This document shows positions 10,637-21,290 of a stretch of DNA of 64,000 bases, piece after piece. Location: assembly GCA_965197725.1 (NCBI GenBank), contig CBDANQ010000040.1, positions 11,709 to 75,708 on the forward strand, written 5' to 3'. Under the pieces are notes generated by a model. That model saw nothing but the letters and a program-made list of their open reading frames with translations, did no database searches and was not told the DNA's origin. Each line of letters opens with the position of its first letter. Position 1 is the first letter of the stretch. Origin of the DNA: Longimicrobiales bacterium (GTDB taxonomy: Bacteria; Gemmatimonadota; Gemmatimonadetes; Longimicrobiales; Gaopeijiaceae). Made by a program: the position numbers and the translations under genes.

Positions 10637-11554
10637 CTAATGCTCAGGTATGGAGTGCGCCGGCTGAGTGGCAATCCCCCTGTACACCTCGAAGTCGATC
10701 GTCTCGATGGGCTCAGTCCGAAGCGACACGCCCACGCCAAGGATAAGGCAGAGCTGTATGTAGAGGCTCACCAGCGGCGGGTCGAAGACTTCGAGTCCGT
10801 ACTGGTCCACGGCCTGGGTGAGCATCATAAACAGGCTGATCAGGATGCTGGAGAGCACGAGCACCTTCACGAGGGCCGCGATCTGCTTCAGCTGGTCGGC
10901 GTTCGCCTTGTACGGATCCAGCTTGCGGCCGGATATGAAGCGGAAGACGATGCCGGCGTAGGCCAGGTTCATGCCAGTGATAAGAGTCAGGCTGACGTAG
11001 ACCTCCAACTCCCACGAGCCGACGGGCCTGCCAGACAAGTAGAACACGAGCCAGGCCAAGTAGAGCAGGACGGCCGCGGCCACGTAGCCGGGAGCGATGA
11101 AGTCGAACAAGCGGCGGGGCCGAAGCTCGGCAGTACGCCTGGTGCTCCTGAAGGCCTGCCGCATCAGCCGGTAGTGCGCGTACTCCTTAATGGACAGGTA
11201 GACGAACGGGGCTAGCTGCAGCGCGAAGTACATCACCACGAAGACCTCGTCGCCGCCGAGCGGATCCGGCCGATAGCCGGTGAAGGCCATCGCCGCGAGA
11301 ATCGCGAGGCCGATCGCGGCGATTGCCCGGTTCACGACCCTATAGAGGTGGAGCTTTCTGCGCGCCTCGCCGGACTGACCGGCGGACGAGACGGGGTACA
11401 GCTTCGGGTACTGCTCCGGGGGAAAGTTGTCCAACACGTAGGCGCAGCGGCGGGCAAGCTTCCCCGGATAGTAGAGAGACAGGAGGCCGATCTGGATCAG
11501 GAATGTGAGGTAGAACACGGCCAGGATGGCTGGGGTGGATACGGCGTCGGGCAT
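10637..11554 (-). CDS. Multi-pass membrane protein, hypothetical, in operon with GntR
   Basis: About 7 hydrophobic segments; starts 2 bp after the GntR stop with an AGGAG RBS. Confidence 0.8.
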   Translation of the reverse strand: MPDAVSTPAILAVFYLTFLIQIGLLSLYYPGKLARRCAYVLDNFPPEQYPKLYPVSSAGQSGEARRKLHLYRVVNRAIAAIGLAILAAMAFTGYRPDPLGGDEVFVVMYFALQLAPFVYLSIKEYAHYRLMRQAFRSTRRTAELRPRRLFDFIAPGYVAAAVLLYLAWLVFYLSGRPVGSWELEVYVSLTLITGMNLAYAGIVFRFISGRKLDPYKANADQLKQIAALVKVLVLSSILISLFMMLTQAVDQYGLEVFDPPLVSLYIQLCLILGVGVSLRTEPIETIDFEVYRGIATQPAHSIPEH

Positions 11555-11555
11555 C

Positions 11556-11945
11556 TTACGCTCCTTTGTTCAGTCGGTTCTGCATGACGTTTGAGAACGC
11601 GATTCGGATTTCGCTGTCCGTCGCTCCTTCGGCACGGCAGGCGGCTACGGTCTCGCTGACTCTCGAGTGGACCCACGCGGTCAAGTCCCGAGTGCTGTTC
11701 TTGACGGCATCCGGGTGCACGAACGTGCCCCTGTAGCCCTTCGTCTGGATGACGCTGTCACGCTCGAGCAGGCGGTACACCTTGGCGACGGTCTTGTTGT
11801 TGAGATCCAGGTCGTTGGCCAGCTGCCGGATCGAGGGGAGAGGGTCTCCCGGCTTCAACTGGGCCCTCTGCACGGCTCCTTTTATCTGCTCCATGAGCTG
11901 GGCGAACAGAGGCTGGGCTCCTTCTATGTCAACGGTGATCTGCAT
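11556..11945 (-). CDS. GntR-family regulator, YtrA subfamily
   Basis: PLFAQLMEQIK..LKPGDPLPSIRQLANDLDLNNKTVAKVYRLLE..GTFV with a short C-terminal domain. Start taken at MQITV (AGGAG RBS). Confidence 0.92.
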   Translation of the reverse strand: MQITVDIEGAQPLFAQLMEQIKGAVQRAQLKPGDPLPSIRQLANDLDLNNKTVAKVYRLLERDSVIQTKGYRGTFVHPDAVKNSTRDLTAWVHSRVSETVAACRAEGATDSEIRIAFSNVMQNRLNKGA

Positions 11946-11986
11946 GATTCTCCTGGGCTCTTGCTCGCCGTTGCAGGTGATCCATA

Positions 11987-12020
11987 TGTACCATTCATAT
12001 ATATGGTACAACTGGTACAC
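11987..12020. promoter_or_regulatory. Putative YtrA/GntR operator palindrome
   Basis: TGTACCAT-N8-ATGGTACA plus an extra TGGTACAC half site in an AT-rich patch about 40 bp upstream of the regulator. Confidence 0.75.
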
Positions 12021-12197
12021 GAAAGAAGCAAGAGGAAAATCCCCATGAGTTCGCCGCCATCATGTTCAGCGGCGTCCCCTGCTCCCTCGTCAGGTGATGC
12101 TGGTGCACCCGCTCCTGTCGGAGCTCATGCCATGGGTGCTGGACGGTCTGACGGCAGTGACGTAAACGTTCCCCCGCACTCGAGGGCCGGTTGAATC

Positions 12198-12479
12198 GTG
12201 GGAATCTTTCAGATTGCAATGCTCGTGGCGACGTTTCTGTGCTCCCTGGTGGCAGGCTTCCTGTTTGCGTTTGCGGTCATGGTAATGCCGGGCATAGGAA
12301 CCCCGAATGACCGGGAGTTCATCCGCGCTTTTCAGGTGATCGACGGCGTCATCCAGAACAATCAGCCGCTTTTTCTCCTGGTATGGGGCGGTTCGGCCTT
12401 GGCTTTGGTGGCGGCGGTTGCGCTTCGCGTCGGTGCCCTCGACTTCGACCAGTCCGTGCCCGACTCCTTCGACCCCTGA
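12198..12479 (+). pseudogene. DUF1772/anthrone-oxygenase-like membrane protein, truncated and fused to the IS91 transposase tail
   Basis: LVAGFLFAFAVMVMPG...FIRAFQVIDGVIQNNQPLF, switching at 12421 to LRVGALDFDQSVPDSFDP from the IS. Confidence 0.75.
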
Positions 12480-12705
12480 GTCTCCCGCGTCCAGTCGGCC
12501 GTCGGATTCATTGCCCACCTCTATCCCTGCCCATCCACGCATCCCTGCGGCGCGTTCCGACTGACTGAGCCCCTCCTCCCGTTCAGCCGGCCTCGCTTCG
12601 CGTGGAGCGCCCGCACCGCTTCCGCCCGGCACCCCCGAAGCCCGCCACCATTCCCCTTCCCGCCTCACCTCCTGCCACGGCACCCCTTTTAGACCTCCTA
12701 TCCTT
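12421..12705 (+). mobile_element. IS91/ISCR-like element 3' end, copy B
   Basis: Near-identical to copies A, C and D, with the same terminus. Confidence 0.87.
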
Positions 12706-12710
12706 TCCTT

Positions 12711-12821
12711 ACCTACGAGGAGATCGCCGACATCACCGGCTGCAACCTCGGCACCGTGAAGAGCCGGCTGAACCGCGCTCGTAACAACTTCGCGCAAATC
12801 ATCGCGCCGATGCTCGACTAA
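12711..12821 (+). pseudogene. ECF sigma factor (RpoE-type) region 4 fragment
   Basis: TYEEIADITGCNLGTVKSRLNRARNNFAQIIAPMLD*; 5' part replaced by the ISCR end. Confidence 0.85.
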
Positions 12822-12882
12822 TGGATACGGTCCACTGACGTAGAAGACTCGCGAAGAGCGAGGGGGGATGGGTTTGGGGGGA

Positions 12883-12910
12883 GGCCCCGCCGGGGTGACT
12901 CGGCGGGGCC
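12883..12910. terminator. GC-rich hairpin between convergent genes
   Basis: GGCCCCGCCG-N8-CGGCGGGGCC; no strong U tract. Confidence 0.6.
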
Positions 12911-12949
12911 GTCGTGTGTGGACCGACGTCTCGCTCAGTGCCGATCCTG

Positions 12950-14590
12950 TTACTGGAACTCATAGATGTAGATCGAGTGCCCGATCCTTTCGATCGGCTC
13001 GAACTCGGTCAACCAGTCGATTCCGGGGACGCCATGGACCATGAGCTTTCTGAACCCGACGAGGTGGTGCACGCTGATCGCGTAAACACCGGGGCGTGGT
13101 CTCGCCATGTCGGCTGCGTCGAACGCGACGGCGCGCACCCCGTAGGCCCGGCCGTCCGCCGTGCCGAAGTACCGCACGCGCAACTCCTCATCCGGCGGAC
13201 GGGTGCTCTGCCACTCGGCGAGCGCGGGTAGATCCTGGCCCCAGTCGATGTTGCTGTCGTCGAGCAGGTATGGCGCCTGGTCCGGCCCACCCGACACTAC
13301 GTTGAAAAACGACAGATGGTGGGGGTAGATCCAGACACCGGCCCCGACCGCCCACGCGAGTAACGCCGCCACGATCGCCCGCGTTCCACGCGATTCCGCC
13401 GCGCGCACAGCGTATCCAGCGAAGAGCAGCAGGAAGGGGAAGGCGGGCAGAATGCGCCTAAGCCCGATATTCACCTGATCCAGGAAAGAGGCTCCGACCA
13501 TCACCGCCGCGGGGACCAGGAGGAAGAGCACGTTCTCCAGGTCGACCCGCTCGTGGATCGCCGATCCGGAATCCGCCTCGGCCGCACGTCCGACCTGATT
13601 CCGCACTCTGCCGACCCAGCCGACCGTGGCAAGTAACAGCAGTACCAAGACGGCGGTCGGCACCTTGAGCAGGTACGCGACGATGTTGTAGTACCAGAAT
13701 GGTGTTTGCGACGGGACACCGAGCAGATAGTTGTAACGGTCCGGGCTGAGGTCGGAGTAAATGCGCGCGACACCTTCTCGGTAGAGCGACAGATCGAGAT
13801 CGAAGCCGTACGCGATCGCGATGACGAGCCACGACATGAACGAGATCGGAATCGCCGCCCGTGCGACCCACGTCACGCTCCTCGTCTCAGGTCGAGTGAA
13901 CCACGCTGTGCCCACCAGGAGGACATAGGTCGGGCCTAGCACCAGAGCGGTGAACTTTGCGGTGAGCGCGAGTCCGGTGACTGCCCCGCACGCCAACCAG
14001 CGTTTCAGGTCTCCGGTTTGGGTCGCCCACCAGAAGGCCGCCACCGCAGTGAACATGAACAGCGTGCACCCCAGGTCTGCGGTCGCGACCCGTGAGTGTG
14101 CGATCAAGTTGGGGCTGAAGGTCGCGAGCAGCGCGACCGCGAGCGCGGCCGGTGACCCCAGCAGTCGGTGCCCCCAGGCATAGATCAGGCCGACGAGCAG
14201 GGCTCCGAACAACAGGACCGGGAGGCGAGCGTGCCTTGCAACCCGCTCGTGGTCGACTCCGCCCCGAAACAACAGCTCGAGGCCGAGCACTACTTTCGGG
14301 TTTGCAGTCGCTCGCCATGTAGCCTCGACCGGCTCCGTCGGTTCCGAGCGGTAAAGGCCCCACCCGGACAGCACTTGCATGAGAGGAGGCGATCCCAGGT
14401 AGACATCGTAATCGCCCCAGGCCAGGATCGCGTACCCACCGCCGATCGAATGTGGCTCATCCCACGTGAGAGCCTTCTGCAAGCTGGAGAAGTAGCCCTG
14501 GGCGAAGAACACCAGCATCAACAGGGCTACTGCCGCGGGGGCGTAGCGCTGGAAAGCGGCGGGTTCGGCTCGGTCGAGAGACTCGATCAT
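12950..14590 (-). CDS. GT-C fold glycosyltransferase (family 39/ArnT-PMT-like)
   Basis: LTWDEP motif after TM1, many TMs, SPNLIAHSRVATAD, GLALTAKFTAL, DSNIDWGQDL. Confidence 0.85.
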   Translation of the reverse strand: MIESLDRAEPAAFQRYAPAAVALLMLVFFAQGYFSSLQKALTWDEPHSIGGGYAILAWGDYDVYLGSPPLMQVLSGWGLYRSEPTEPVEATWRATANPKVVLGLELLFRGGVDHERVARHARLPVLLFGALLVGLIYAWGHRLLGSPAALAVALLATFSPNLIAHSRVATADLGCTLFMFTAVAAFWWATQTGDLKRWLACGAVTGLALTAKFTALVLGPTYVLLVGTAWFTRPETRSVTWVARAAIPISFMSWLVIAIAYGFDLDLSLYREGVARIYSDLSPDRYNYLLGVPSQTPFWYYNIVAYLLKVPTAVLVLLLLATVGWVGRVRNQVGRAAEADSGSAIHERVDLENVLFLLVPAAVMVGASFLDQVNIGLRRILPAFPFLLLFAGYAVRAAESRGTRAIVAALLAWAVGAGVWIYPHHLSFFNVVSGGPDQAPYLLDDSNIDWGQDLPALAEWQSTRPPDEELRVRYFGTADGRAYGVRAVAFDAADMARPRPGVYAISVHHLVGFRKLMVHGVPGIDWLTEFEPIERIGHSIYIYEFQ

Positions 14591-14988
14591 CGGGGCGGAC
14601 GATGAGCCCCGCCCGACCGATCGGCAAGGATACTGTTGCGGATCCGCGTCCGCCGCCGGGAGTCGAATCCCAGCATTACGCCGAGCAGCGCCATTACTCG
14701 ACGGTTCCTCCGACTTGAACTCAGCATTACGGAGCTGGCTCGGGAGCTCGATCTAGACGCAGCCTGATCCCGTCTTTCAGCGCCGTACCGGGGCCGGGTC
14801 CTCATTCTATCGGCTACCGTCCCACCCGGTCGGAGCGCTGCACCGCGGGCCCCCTATTTGGCCCGAGCGGGGCAGCGCGCGCTCTGCCTGGTCCAGCGGG
14901 GATCGCCTTGTGCAAGCGAGACGGCGCGTTCGACCATGGTGATGGCCGGTGATCGCCTCGAGCCTCCGCCATGGCGATTCCGACCTCG

Positions 14989-15061
14989 CCGGAGCGCCGC
15001 CTGACGCCCAGCTCGGAGCCGTCAGCTTCTTTCATCGCTTCGGCTCGTCCCTCAACGTCCA
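14989..15061 (+). repeat. 73-bp internal fragment of the IS91/ISCR transposase
   Basis: Matches about 35276-35348 (GAPPDAQLGAVSFFHRFGSSLNV). Confidence 0.85.
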
Positions 15062-15154
15062 GGGCGGAGCCCGCGCCCGGGGCGCGGCTATCCAGCGTCG
15101 GCAAGATGCGGTATGAGCTTCGAGGAGTCCAGAAAAACCGTGTTGGGAATCGGG

Positions 15155-17520
15155 CTAGCGTGGTAGTCCCATGTGGTCGATCACGGCGTGGAACCGCGGG
15201 TCGTCGCGGAGGAAATCGAAGGTCGGCTCGACGCTGAGGTAGGGACAATTCGTGTCCCTTGCCTCGAAACACGCGAGCGCCAGGTAGTTGAGCGCCTCGT
15301 CCTTCATGGCAGCCCGGGTATACAGGGTGGCGATACGCCACGGCGCCAGATATTCCACCTGAGACCGTTCGACGTACAGCTCGGCTACGGCCCGGAGTGC
15401 CCCTTCGTAGCCGAGCTCTTCGTACCCTCGATCGAGGGCCACCAGCGCCGTGGGGTCGCCGTCTGCCGTGTACGAGCCTTCGTCAGTGAAAGATGCTCGC
15501 CAGCTGGCAAGAGCCTCTTCGTGGCGTCCCATGAGATGGTACGTCGTGCGAAGCGTGGACAGGAGGAAAGGAACGCCCCGGTCGAGCTCCAACGCCTTCA
15601 GGAGCAACGTCTCGGCAGCTTCGTATTCGCCTCGGATGTTGAGGGTCTGGCCGACGAGCCCCTGAACCAGGGTATTGGGTGCCTCGTCCTCGGCGGCGCG
15701 GGCGGCGTGCGCAGCGGTCTCGTCAGCCCTGCCCTGATACAGAAGAAACAGTGCGTAGTAAGCACGCGTAGTGGCGTCGAACTGGTTCTGATCCAGAGCA
15801 GCATCAAACGCGGCTTCCACCTCCTCCCATGCCCATTCCCCCCACGTTTTTCGAAGGGCGACCGCCGCTTGAACCTGTGAGAGCGTGGGATCCAGTTCCT
15901 CGGCCCGCTGGAGGGCCGGTTCCGCCCTTCTATTCGCCTCTTCGGTGGAGACAAGCCCCTGCTGGGCTCGGAGACCCCACACTTGCCCCAGACCGAGCCA
16001 CGCCTCCGCGGACATCGAATCCCGCTGTAGCGCCACGTCGTACCAGGCGAGCGCCGTCGCGAATCCCTCCTCCGTAAGTGACTCCCAGGCGTAGCTCGCC
16101 TGTGCGAGCGCGTCCTGTACAGCTGGATCGACTTCAGGGGCACCGGAGAGCTGCGCCTCGACCTCTGCGCTGAGCTCGACCCCGATCTCTGCGGCGATGG
16201 CACGCACCATGTCGCCGTACATGGAGAGGATATAGCGTGCTTCTCCTGAGTAGGGTGCGGCCCATACCAGGTCTTCCGATTCACCCTCCGTGAGACTCAG
16301 GCCCATATCCACCCTGCCCCCAACGCGAGCCGCCGAAACTTGAACGATTCCATCCACCCCCAGTGAGTCCGCGATCTCCCCGAGCAGAGCTTCGCTTCCC
16401 ACGAACCGAGCTACCGAGGTCGGGCTCTTCACCCGCACACCAGCCCTCGCGAGCTGAGAGGTGAGCTCCCGGTAAACGTCCTGGACGAAGTAGGCCTGAT
16501 CCGGGTCGTCCATGTCGCTCGGATCGGGGAGGACGGCGACGCTCTGGATCGCCGGCGCCCCCAGGATCGACGAAGCCCACCGCGCCACCCCACCGACGGC
16601 GGCAATTGCAACTACCGACACGGCCACCCTCAACGCCCGGGAGCGCCGGCGCCGGCGCGCATCCTGAATTACGGCCTCCTCGGTTGTCGCGAACTCGAGC
16701 GCCCGCACGAACTCCTCACACGACGAGAACCGATCGGACGGGGAGAGCGCGAGCGCTTTTCACGATCACCTCCGTTACCGTCGCCGGCACGTCCGGGCGC
16801 GAGGACGACAACTCGGGGATCGCGCCCATCAACTTCTTCGCGAGGATCGCCTGCGGCGTGGAGGCCGCGAACGGGGACTCGCCCGACAGCATTTCGTGGA
16901 ACGTGCAGCCTAGCGCGTAGATATCGGCCCGACCGTCGATCGCGACCTCGCCGGATGCCTGCTCCGGACTCATGTAGGCGAACGTCCCAACCGAGATGCC
17001 CGTGTGAGTGAGCTGCACCTGGGCTTCGCTGGCAGCCTTCGCGATGCCTAGGTCGCACAGAAGCGCGTGGCCGGCTTGGAAGAGAATGTTTTCCGGCTTG
17101 ACGTCCCGGTGCACGAGCCCCCGGTCGTGCGCGTAGGCAAGGGCGCTGCCGATTTCGCGGACGATCCGTCCGGCGTCTTCGAGCAAGAGCGTGGCATCCC
17201 GATCGAGCCTGTCGCGGAGCGACTCCCCCTCGACGAAGGGCATGACGAAGTAGAGGAGCCCGTCAGCCTCACCCGAATCATGCAGCCCGAGGATGTTGGG
17301 GTGGTTCAGCTGCGCCGCGACCTCGATCTCGCGCAGAAAGCGCTCAGCACCCATTGCCGCGGCGAGCTCGGGCCGAAGTACCTTGATCGCCACGGGCCGA
17401 CCAGTGTTTCTCGTCGTGCGCCAGGCAAACGACCGCCATCCCGCCCTCACCGAGCTCCCGCTCGATGACGTAGCGGCCCTCGAGGGCGGCGTTGAGACGT
17501 TCTACGGGGTTCCCGTCCAA
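15155..17520 (-). pseudogene. Ser/Thr kinase-TM-TolB-like/TPR protein with two +1 frameshifts (about 17404 and 16758)
   Basis: Manual joining gives LGEGGMA, VAIK, HRDVKPEN, DLG, YMSPEQ, then a TM, SVAVLP and TPR-like helices. TTG start with GGGAGG RBS. Confidence 0.85.
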
Positions 17521-17524
17521 GGGG

Positions 17525-19126
17525 CTAGCGCCTCCCTTCGAGCCGAGGCGCCGTCGGCGCTGGCCTTCGGTGATTCGTCGCCTGCTCGAATGCGTAGCCG
17601 AACCCGAGCAGCATCTCCTCGGTGAACGGCCTGCCCAGGAACTCGAGCCCCACCGGCAGGTCGTCGGTCGTGAAGCCGGCCGGAACAGTGAGCGCCGGGA
17701 ACCCGATCGCGGGGCTGAGGCCTCTGTTGTCGCCCCAACCGTAGCCGTCCGACGGATTCGGGTTCGTCTCCGCGTCTGATGCGATCAGCGTCGGCTGGTG
17801 GTCGAACGTCGCGTGCACGATCGCGTCGAGCGACTCGTCCGCCATGACGTTGAGAACGCTCCGTCGAAGCGCCTCCCGCTTCTGGATCACGACTAGGTAG
17901 CCTGGGTCATCCGTGGTCTTGCCGACGGCGCCCATCATGCCGCGCGCCCGCCACGGGATCACGACCCCTGAGAGGAGGATCTCGCTCAGCGTGCTCACCG
18001 GAGAATTGGGGTGCTCGGCCAGATAGTCATCGGTCGCCTGCTCGGTCTCGAAGTTGTTCCCGATTCCCCGCACGAGCTCGAGATCGGGAATGACCAGTGG
18101 GTCGACGATCTCGGCGCCCAGTGCCGCCAGCTCCTCAATCGCGCGATCGATGACGGCGCGCACCTTCCGGTAGTCGTCGGAGGACGGCTCGGCCCCGGCG
18201 TCCATCGGCTCACGCAGAACCCCGATGTGGGTGCCGCGGAGCCGATTGGCGTCGAGACCCGACGTGTACGTGTCCGGGATGTGTCCCACCGAATAGGCGG
18301 TGATCGGGTCATTGGGGTCGTAGCCGGCGATCGCATCGAGCAGGATCGCTGCATCCCTGACGGTCCGGGTCATGGGGCCCATCGTGTCCTGCGTCGGGTT
18401 CGCGGGCATCATGCCGTGGCGGCTGACGAGCTGGAGCGTCGGCCTGAGGCCGACCAGGTTCGCCACCGCCGCGGGCCCCCGGACCGACCCCCCGGTATCT
18501 TCGCCGATTCCGACCATTCCGAAGTTCGCTGCGATGCCGGAGCCGGTGCCGCCCGAGGAACCACTCGGGTTCCGGGTGGGGTCGTACGCGTTTCGGATCA
18601 CACCGTACGCCGACCCGACGTAACGAGACGCGAACTCGCCCATCGTGGTCTTCGCGAGGATGATGGCGCCCGCGTCCTTCATCCGCGTTGTGATCGTCGC
18701 GTCACGGCTGGGGACGAAGCCTTCGAAGAGCGCCGACCCGTACATCGTCGGCATGTCGATCGTCTCGACCTGATCCTTCAGGAGGACCGGGACGCAGTGC
18801 AGTGGGCCGGTCATGCCTCCCGATCGCATCTCCACGTCCATCGCATCCGCCTCTTCGAGCGCATGCTCGTTGAGGTGTTGGATGGTGTTCAGGTTGGGGC
18901 CTGTCTGGTCGTACGCCGCGATCCGGTCCATGTAGCCCTGCACGAGAGCGCGACACGTCAGGTTGCCGCTCTGCATGGCGGCGTGCGTATCGGCGATCAT
19001 CGCCTCGACGATGTCGAAGCCCTGCGCCCCCACCGGCGCCGCGGAGAGCGCCGGAAGAAGGGCCGCGAGCGCCATCGCCCGGAGTCGACGGGCTAACCCT
19101 CGCGGGAGCCCCGCACGCGTCAGCAC
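17525..19126 (-). CDS. Amidase signature family protein, secreted
   Basis: PVLLKD, PSGSSGG, GEDTGGSVRGPA; signal-peptide-like N-terminus (true start may be further downstream). Confidence 0.93.
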   Translation of the reverse strand: MLTRAGLPRGLARRLRAMALAALLPALSAAPVGAQGFDIVEAMIADTHAAMQSGNLTCRALVQGYMDRIAAYDQTGPNLNTIQHLNEHALEEADAMDVEMRSGGMTGPLHCVPVLLKDQVETIDMPTMYGSALFEGFVPSRDATITTRMKDAGAIILAKTTMGEFASRYVGSAYGVIRNAYDPTRNPSGSSGGTGSGIAANFGMVGIGEDTGGSVRGPAAVANLVGLRPTLQLVSRHGMMPANPTQDTMGPMTRTVRDAAILLDAIAGYDPNDPITAYSVGHIPDTYTSGLDANRLRGTHIGVLREPMDAGAEPSSDDYRKVRAVIDRAIEELAALGAEIVDPLVIPDLELVRGIGNNFETEQATDDYLAEHPNSPVSTLSEILLSGVVIPWRARGMMGAVGKTTDDPGYLVVIQKREALRRSVLNVMADESLDAIVHATFDHQPTLIASDAETNPNPSDGYGWGDNRGLSPAIGFPALTVPAGFTTDDLPVGLEFLGRPFTEEMLLGFGYAFEQATNHRRPAPTAPRLEGRR

Positions 19127-19414
19127 CTCACCTCATCAGAGCGATCAATCGGGTCATTTCTCGCCACTCTCCGGGCCAAGATGATGGCTATAGTCCGTGG
19201 CCTCATAGGCATCACGCAAGTGAGCCTTGTGTGTTCAGGCGGGTGATGGAGTCGCTCAAGCGCTCAAGATGCGGCGCAGGTCAGCGGAGCGCGAGATCCT
19301 ACAGCAAAACCAGCGGCAGCCCCAGCGCGAACAGCCCGCTCACGATGATGACGCTCACGAAGCCCATTGAGCGAAAGCTTGGCGTTGTTCGCTTCACACC
19401 ACCGTCACAGACAT

Positions 19415-19833
19415 CTAGCTAAGACCTAGATCCTTTCGCCGAGCCTCATTCTGCTCTGCGAAAGCCTTGTCCCATTCGGTGCCCGAGAGCGATTCCAGGA
19501 ACCGATTCCACTCCTTGATGAGAATTGATCGAAGCTCGGGCACAGCATCGGCGAGGTTGTTCGTGAAACTCGCGTCGCCGCGCTCCTTGGCCAGATGTGC
19601 CAACTGCTTGTCTATCGGGTCTTTCGTAGCGACGAGGAGAGGCGGCTTGCGCGACTTGAGGTTGCGCCACTTCGGGTTGTAGTGCCCGGCCTGAACCGAA
19701 CTCGCTGCAAAGCGCCCTCTCTCGCGCCACTTCTCCCAAAGAAACTCCCGGAGCACTCGAACATATGAACGAGAGCGGCTTCGAGAGCGAAGCGATTCGC
19801 CGCTGTGTAGAGACACTGATAGGTAGCTGTCAA
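19415..19833 (-). pseudogene. 3' part of an IS256-interrupted hypothetical gene with HEPN/AbiU2-like motifs
   Basis: NRFALEAALVH/VRVLREFL (2-bp AT slip near 19764) and IDKQLAHLAKER. The 5' part lies beyond 21291. Confidence 0.45.
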
Positions 19834-21290
19834 GATGGTGTCCCGCTGACAGTTGAAGGTGGTGGCGCCGGAGAGTCTCTTGGTTAGCCTGTCTTTCTCA
19901 TTTCGGCAACCGGTTCATGGTCGTCGAGGTGGGCCCTGAGCATCCAGAGCTGGTCGTAGCCGATGATCCTCCGGTAGCTCTTCTCGGTTTCCACGAACGA
20001 GGCCGCAGCCCAGCGCAAGGCCATCGCTCCGTTCTTCCAGTTAGTCACCCTGCGGGTCTTCCGTCTTACGCCCGAGTGGGTGCTGTCGATCAGGTTGGTC
20101 GAGCCCAGGCACTTCCTCAGCCGCGGTGGGAGGCCGAGCCGGTTTATGGTGAACATCTCGCTGAGGCCTTCGCGCAGGCTGGCTGCGGCCGAGGGGTGGT
20201 CGCGCTCGAGCCATCGGGCGAGCTGCTCGAGCTTCTGCTCGCCCTGCTTCGCGTCCAGCTTCATCGCCGCCCGGAACGCCGCCTTCACCTGAGGATGCTG
20301 ATCCTTCGGCAGATGACCCAGCACGTTGCGGAGCTTGTGGTTGCGGCAGCGCTGGATGGGGTGACGTTGGCCGAACACCTTCTCGATCGCCTTCCTGAGC
20401 GCTTTCGAGCCATCGATCACGAACAGCCGCCGCCTGCCCGGGTCCAGGCCGCGCTCGACCAGATCCTCTAGGAGCGCGCTGGTCACCTCGGCGTTCTCAC
20501 TCGCTCCTTCCCTCACGCCCAGCACGTGCTTCTTTCCGTCTGAGTCCACGCCTACCGCAGCAAGCACGTGGTGCGAGCCCATCTGGATCCCGTCCAGGTA
20601 GATCACCAGGAGGTCCCACGCATCCAGCCGGCGCTCCATCAGCTCCTTCAGCACGCGCTCCGAGGCCTCGACCGTCTCACGGCTCACCGCCGACTTGCTC
20701 ACCCCGACCGTGTCGGCCATCTCACCGATCACACGGCCGTACTTTCGCGTGCTCACCCCCGCCATCAGGACCTCGAGCATCCGATCCGCCACGGCGCCCG
20801 GTCTCCGCATCGCTGCGTACGCCGGCACCTCGACCTCGCCACCCTCCCCGGCGCCCCGGCGCCTGAGCCGTGGCCGCTCCACACGCACCTTCCGGTCCGA
20901 CAGGTAAACCACACCACCCTGCCGGCCATACCACACCGTGTCGTCTTCCGCTCGTGACCGACCTGCCTGCTTCACGCCTGCCACACCCTCGGCGCTCATC
21001 TCCAGCACCGCTTCGATCGTCGCTCGTCCCATCACCTGGATGACTTCGTCGATCGCGACCTCCGTCTGCTCCACGAGCTCAAGCATCGGAAGCAGAAACT
21101 GCCCCTCCCGCTTCAGGAACTCCCTGATCGCGCGCTTGTCCGCCCGATCCCTTACCTCGTACGTTCTCTTCATCGTGGTGGCTCCGTGTTGGGGTTTTTG
21201 CCTACCCGAGCCTATCGGCCCGGGACCCCCGGAGCCACCACTTTTCTTTCTCCCCTATCAGGGACCTTCAACTACGGTTGGGACAGCTTC
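19834..21290 (-). mobile_element. IS256-family element, copy 3 (isoform B, intact)
   Basis: Terminal IRs; flanks GCTGTCAA / GCTGTCAC (7 of 8 duplication). Confidence 0.96.
19884..21173 (-). CDS. IS256-family transposase (429 aa)
   Basis: Uninterrupted ORF with GVSTRK, YLDG, FVIDG, QRCRNHKLRN, STNLIDS. Confidence 0.96.
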   Translation of the reverse strand: MKRTYEVRDRADKRAIREFLKREGQFLLPMLELVEQTEVAIDEVIQVMGRATIEAVLEMSAEGVAGVKQAGRSRAEDDTVWYGRQGGVVYLSDRKVRVERPRLRRRGAGEGGEVEVPAYAAMRRPGAVADRMLEVLMAGVSTRKYGRVIGEMADTVGVSKSAVSRETVEASERVLKELMERRLDAWDLLVIYLDGIQMGSHHVLAAVGVDSDGKKHVLGVREGASENAEVTSALLEDLVERGLDPGRRRLFVIDGSKALRKAIEKVFGQRHPIQRCRNHKLRNVLGHLPKDQHPQVKAAFRAAMKLDAKQGEQKLEQLARWLERDHPSAAASLREGLSEMFTINRLGLPPRLRKCLGSTNLIDSTHSGVRRKTRRVTNWKNGAMALRWAAASFVETEKSYRRIIGYDQLWMLRAHLDDHEPVAEMRKTG

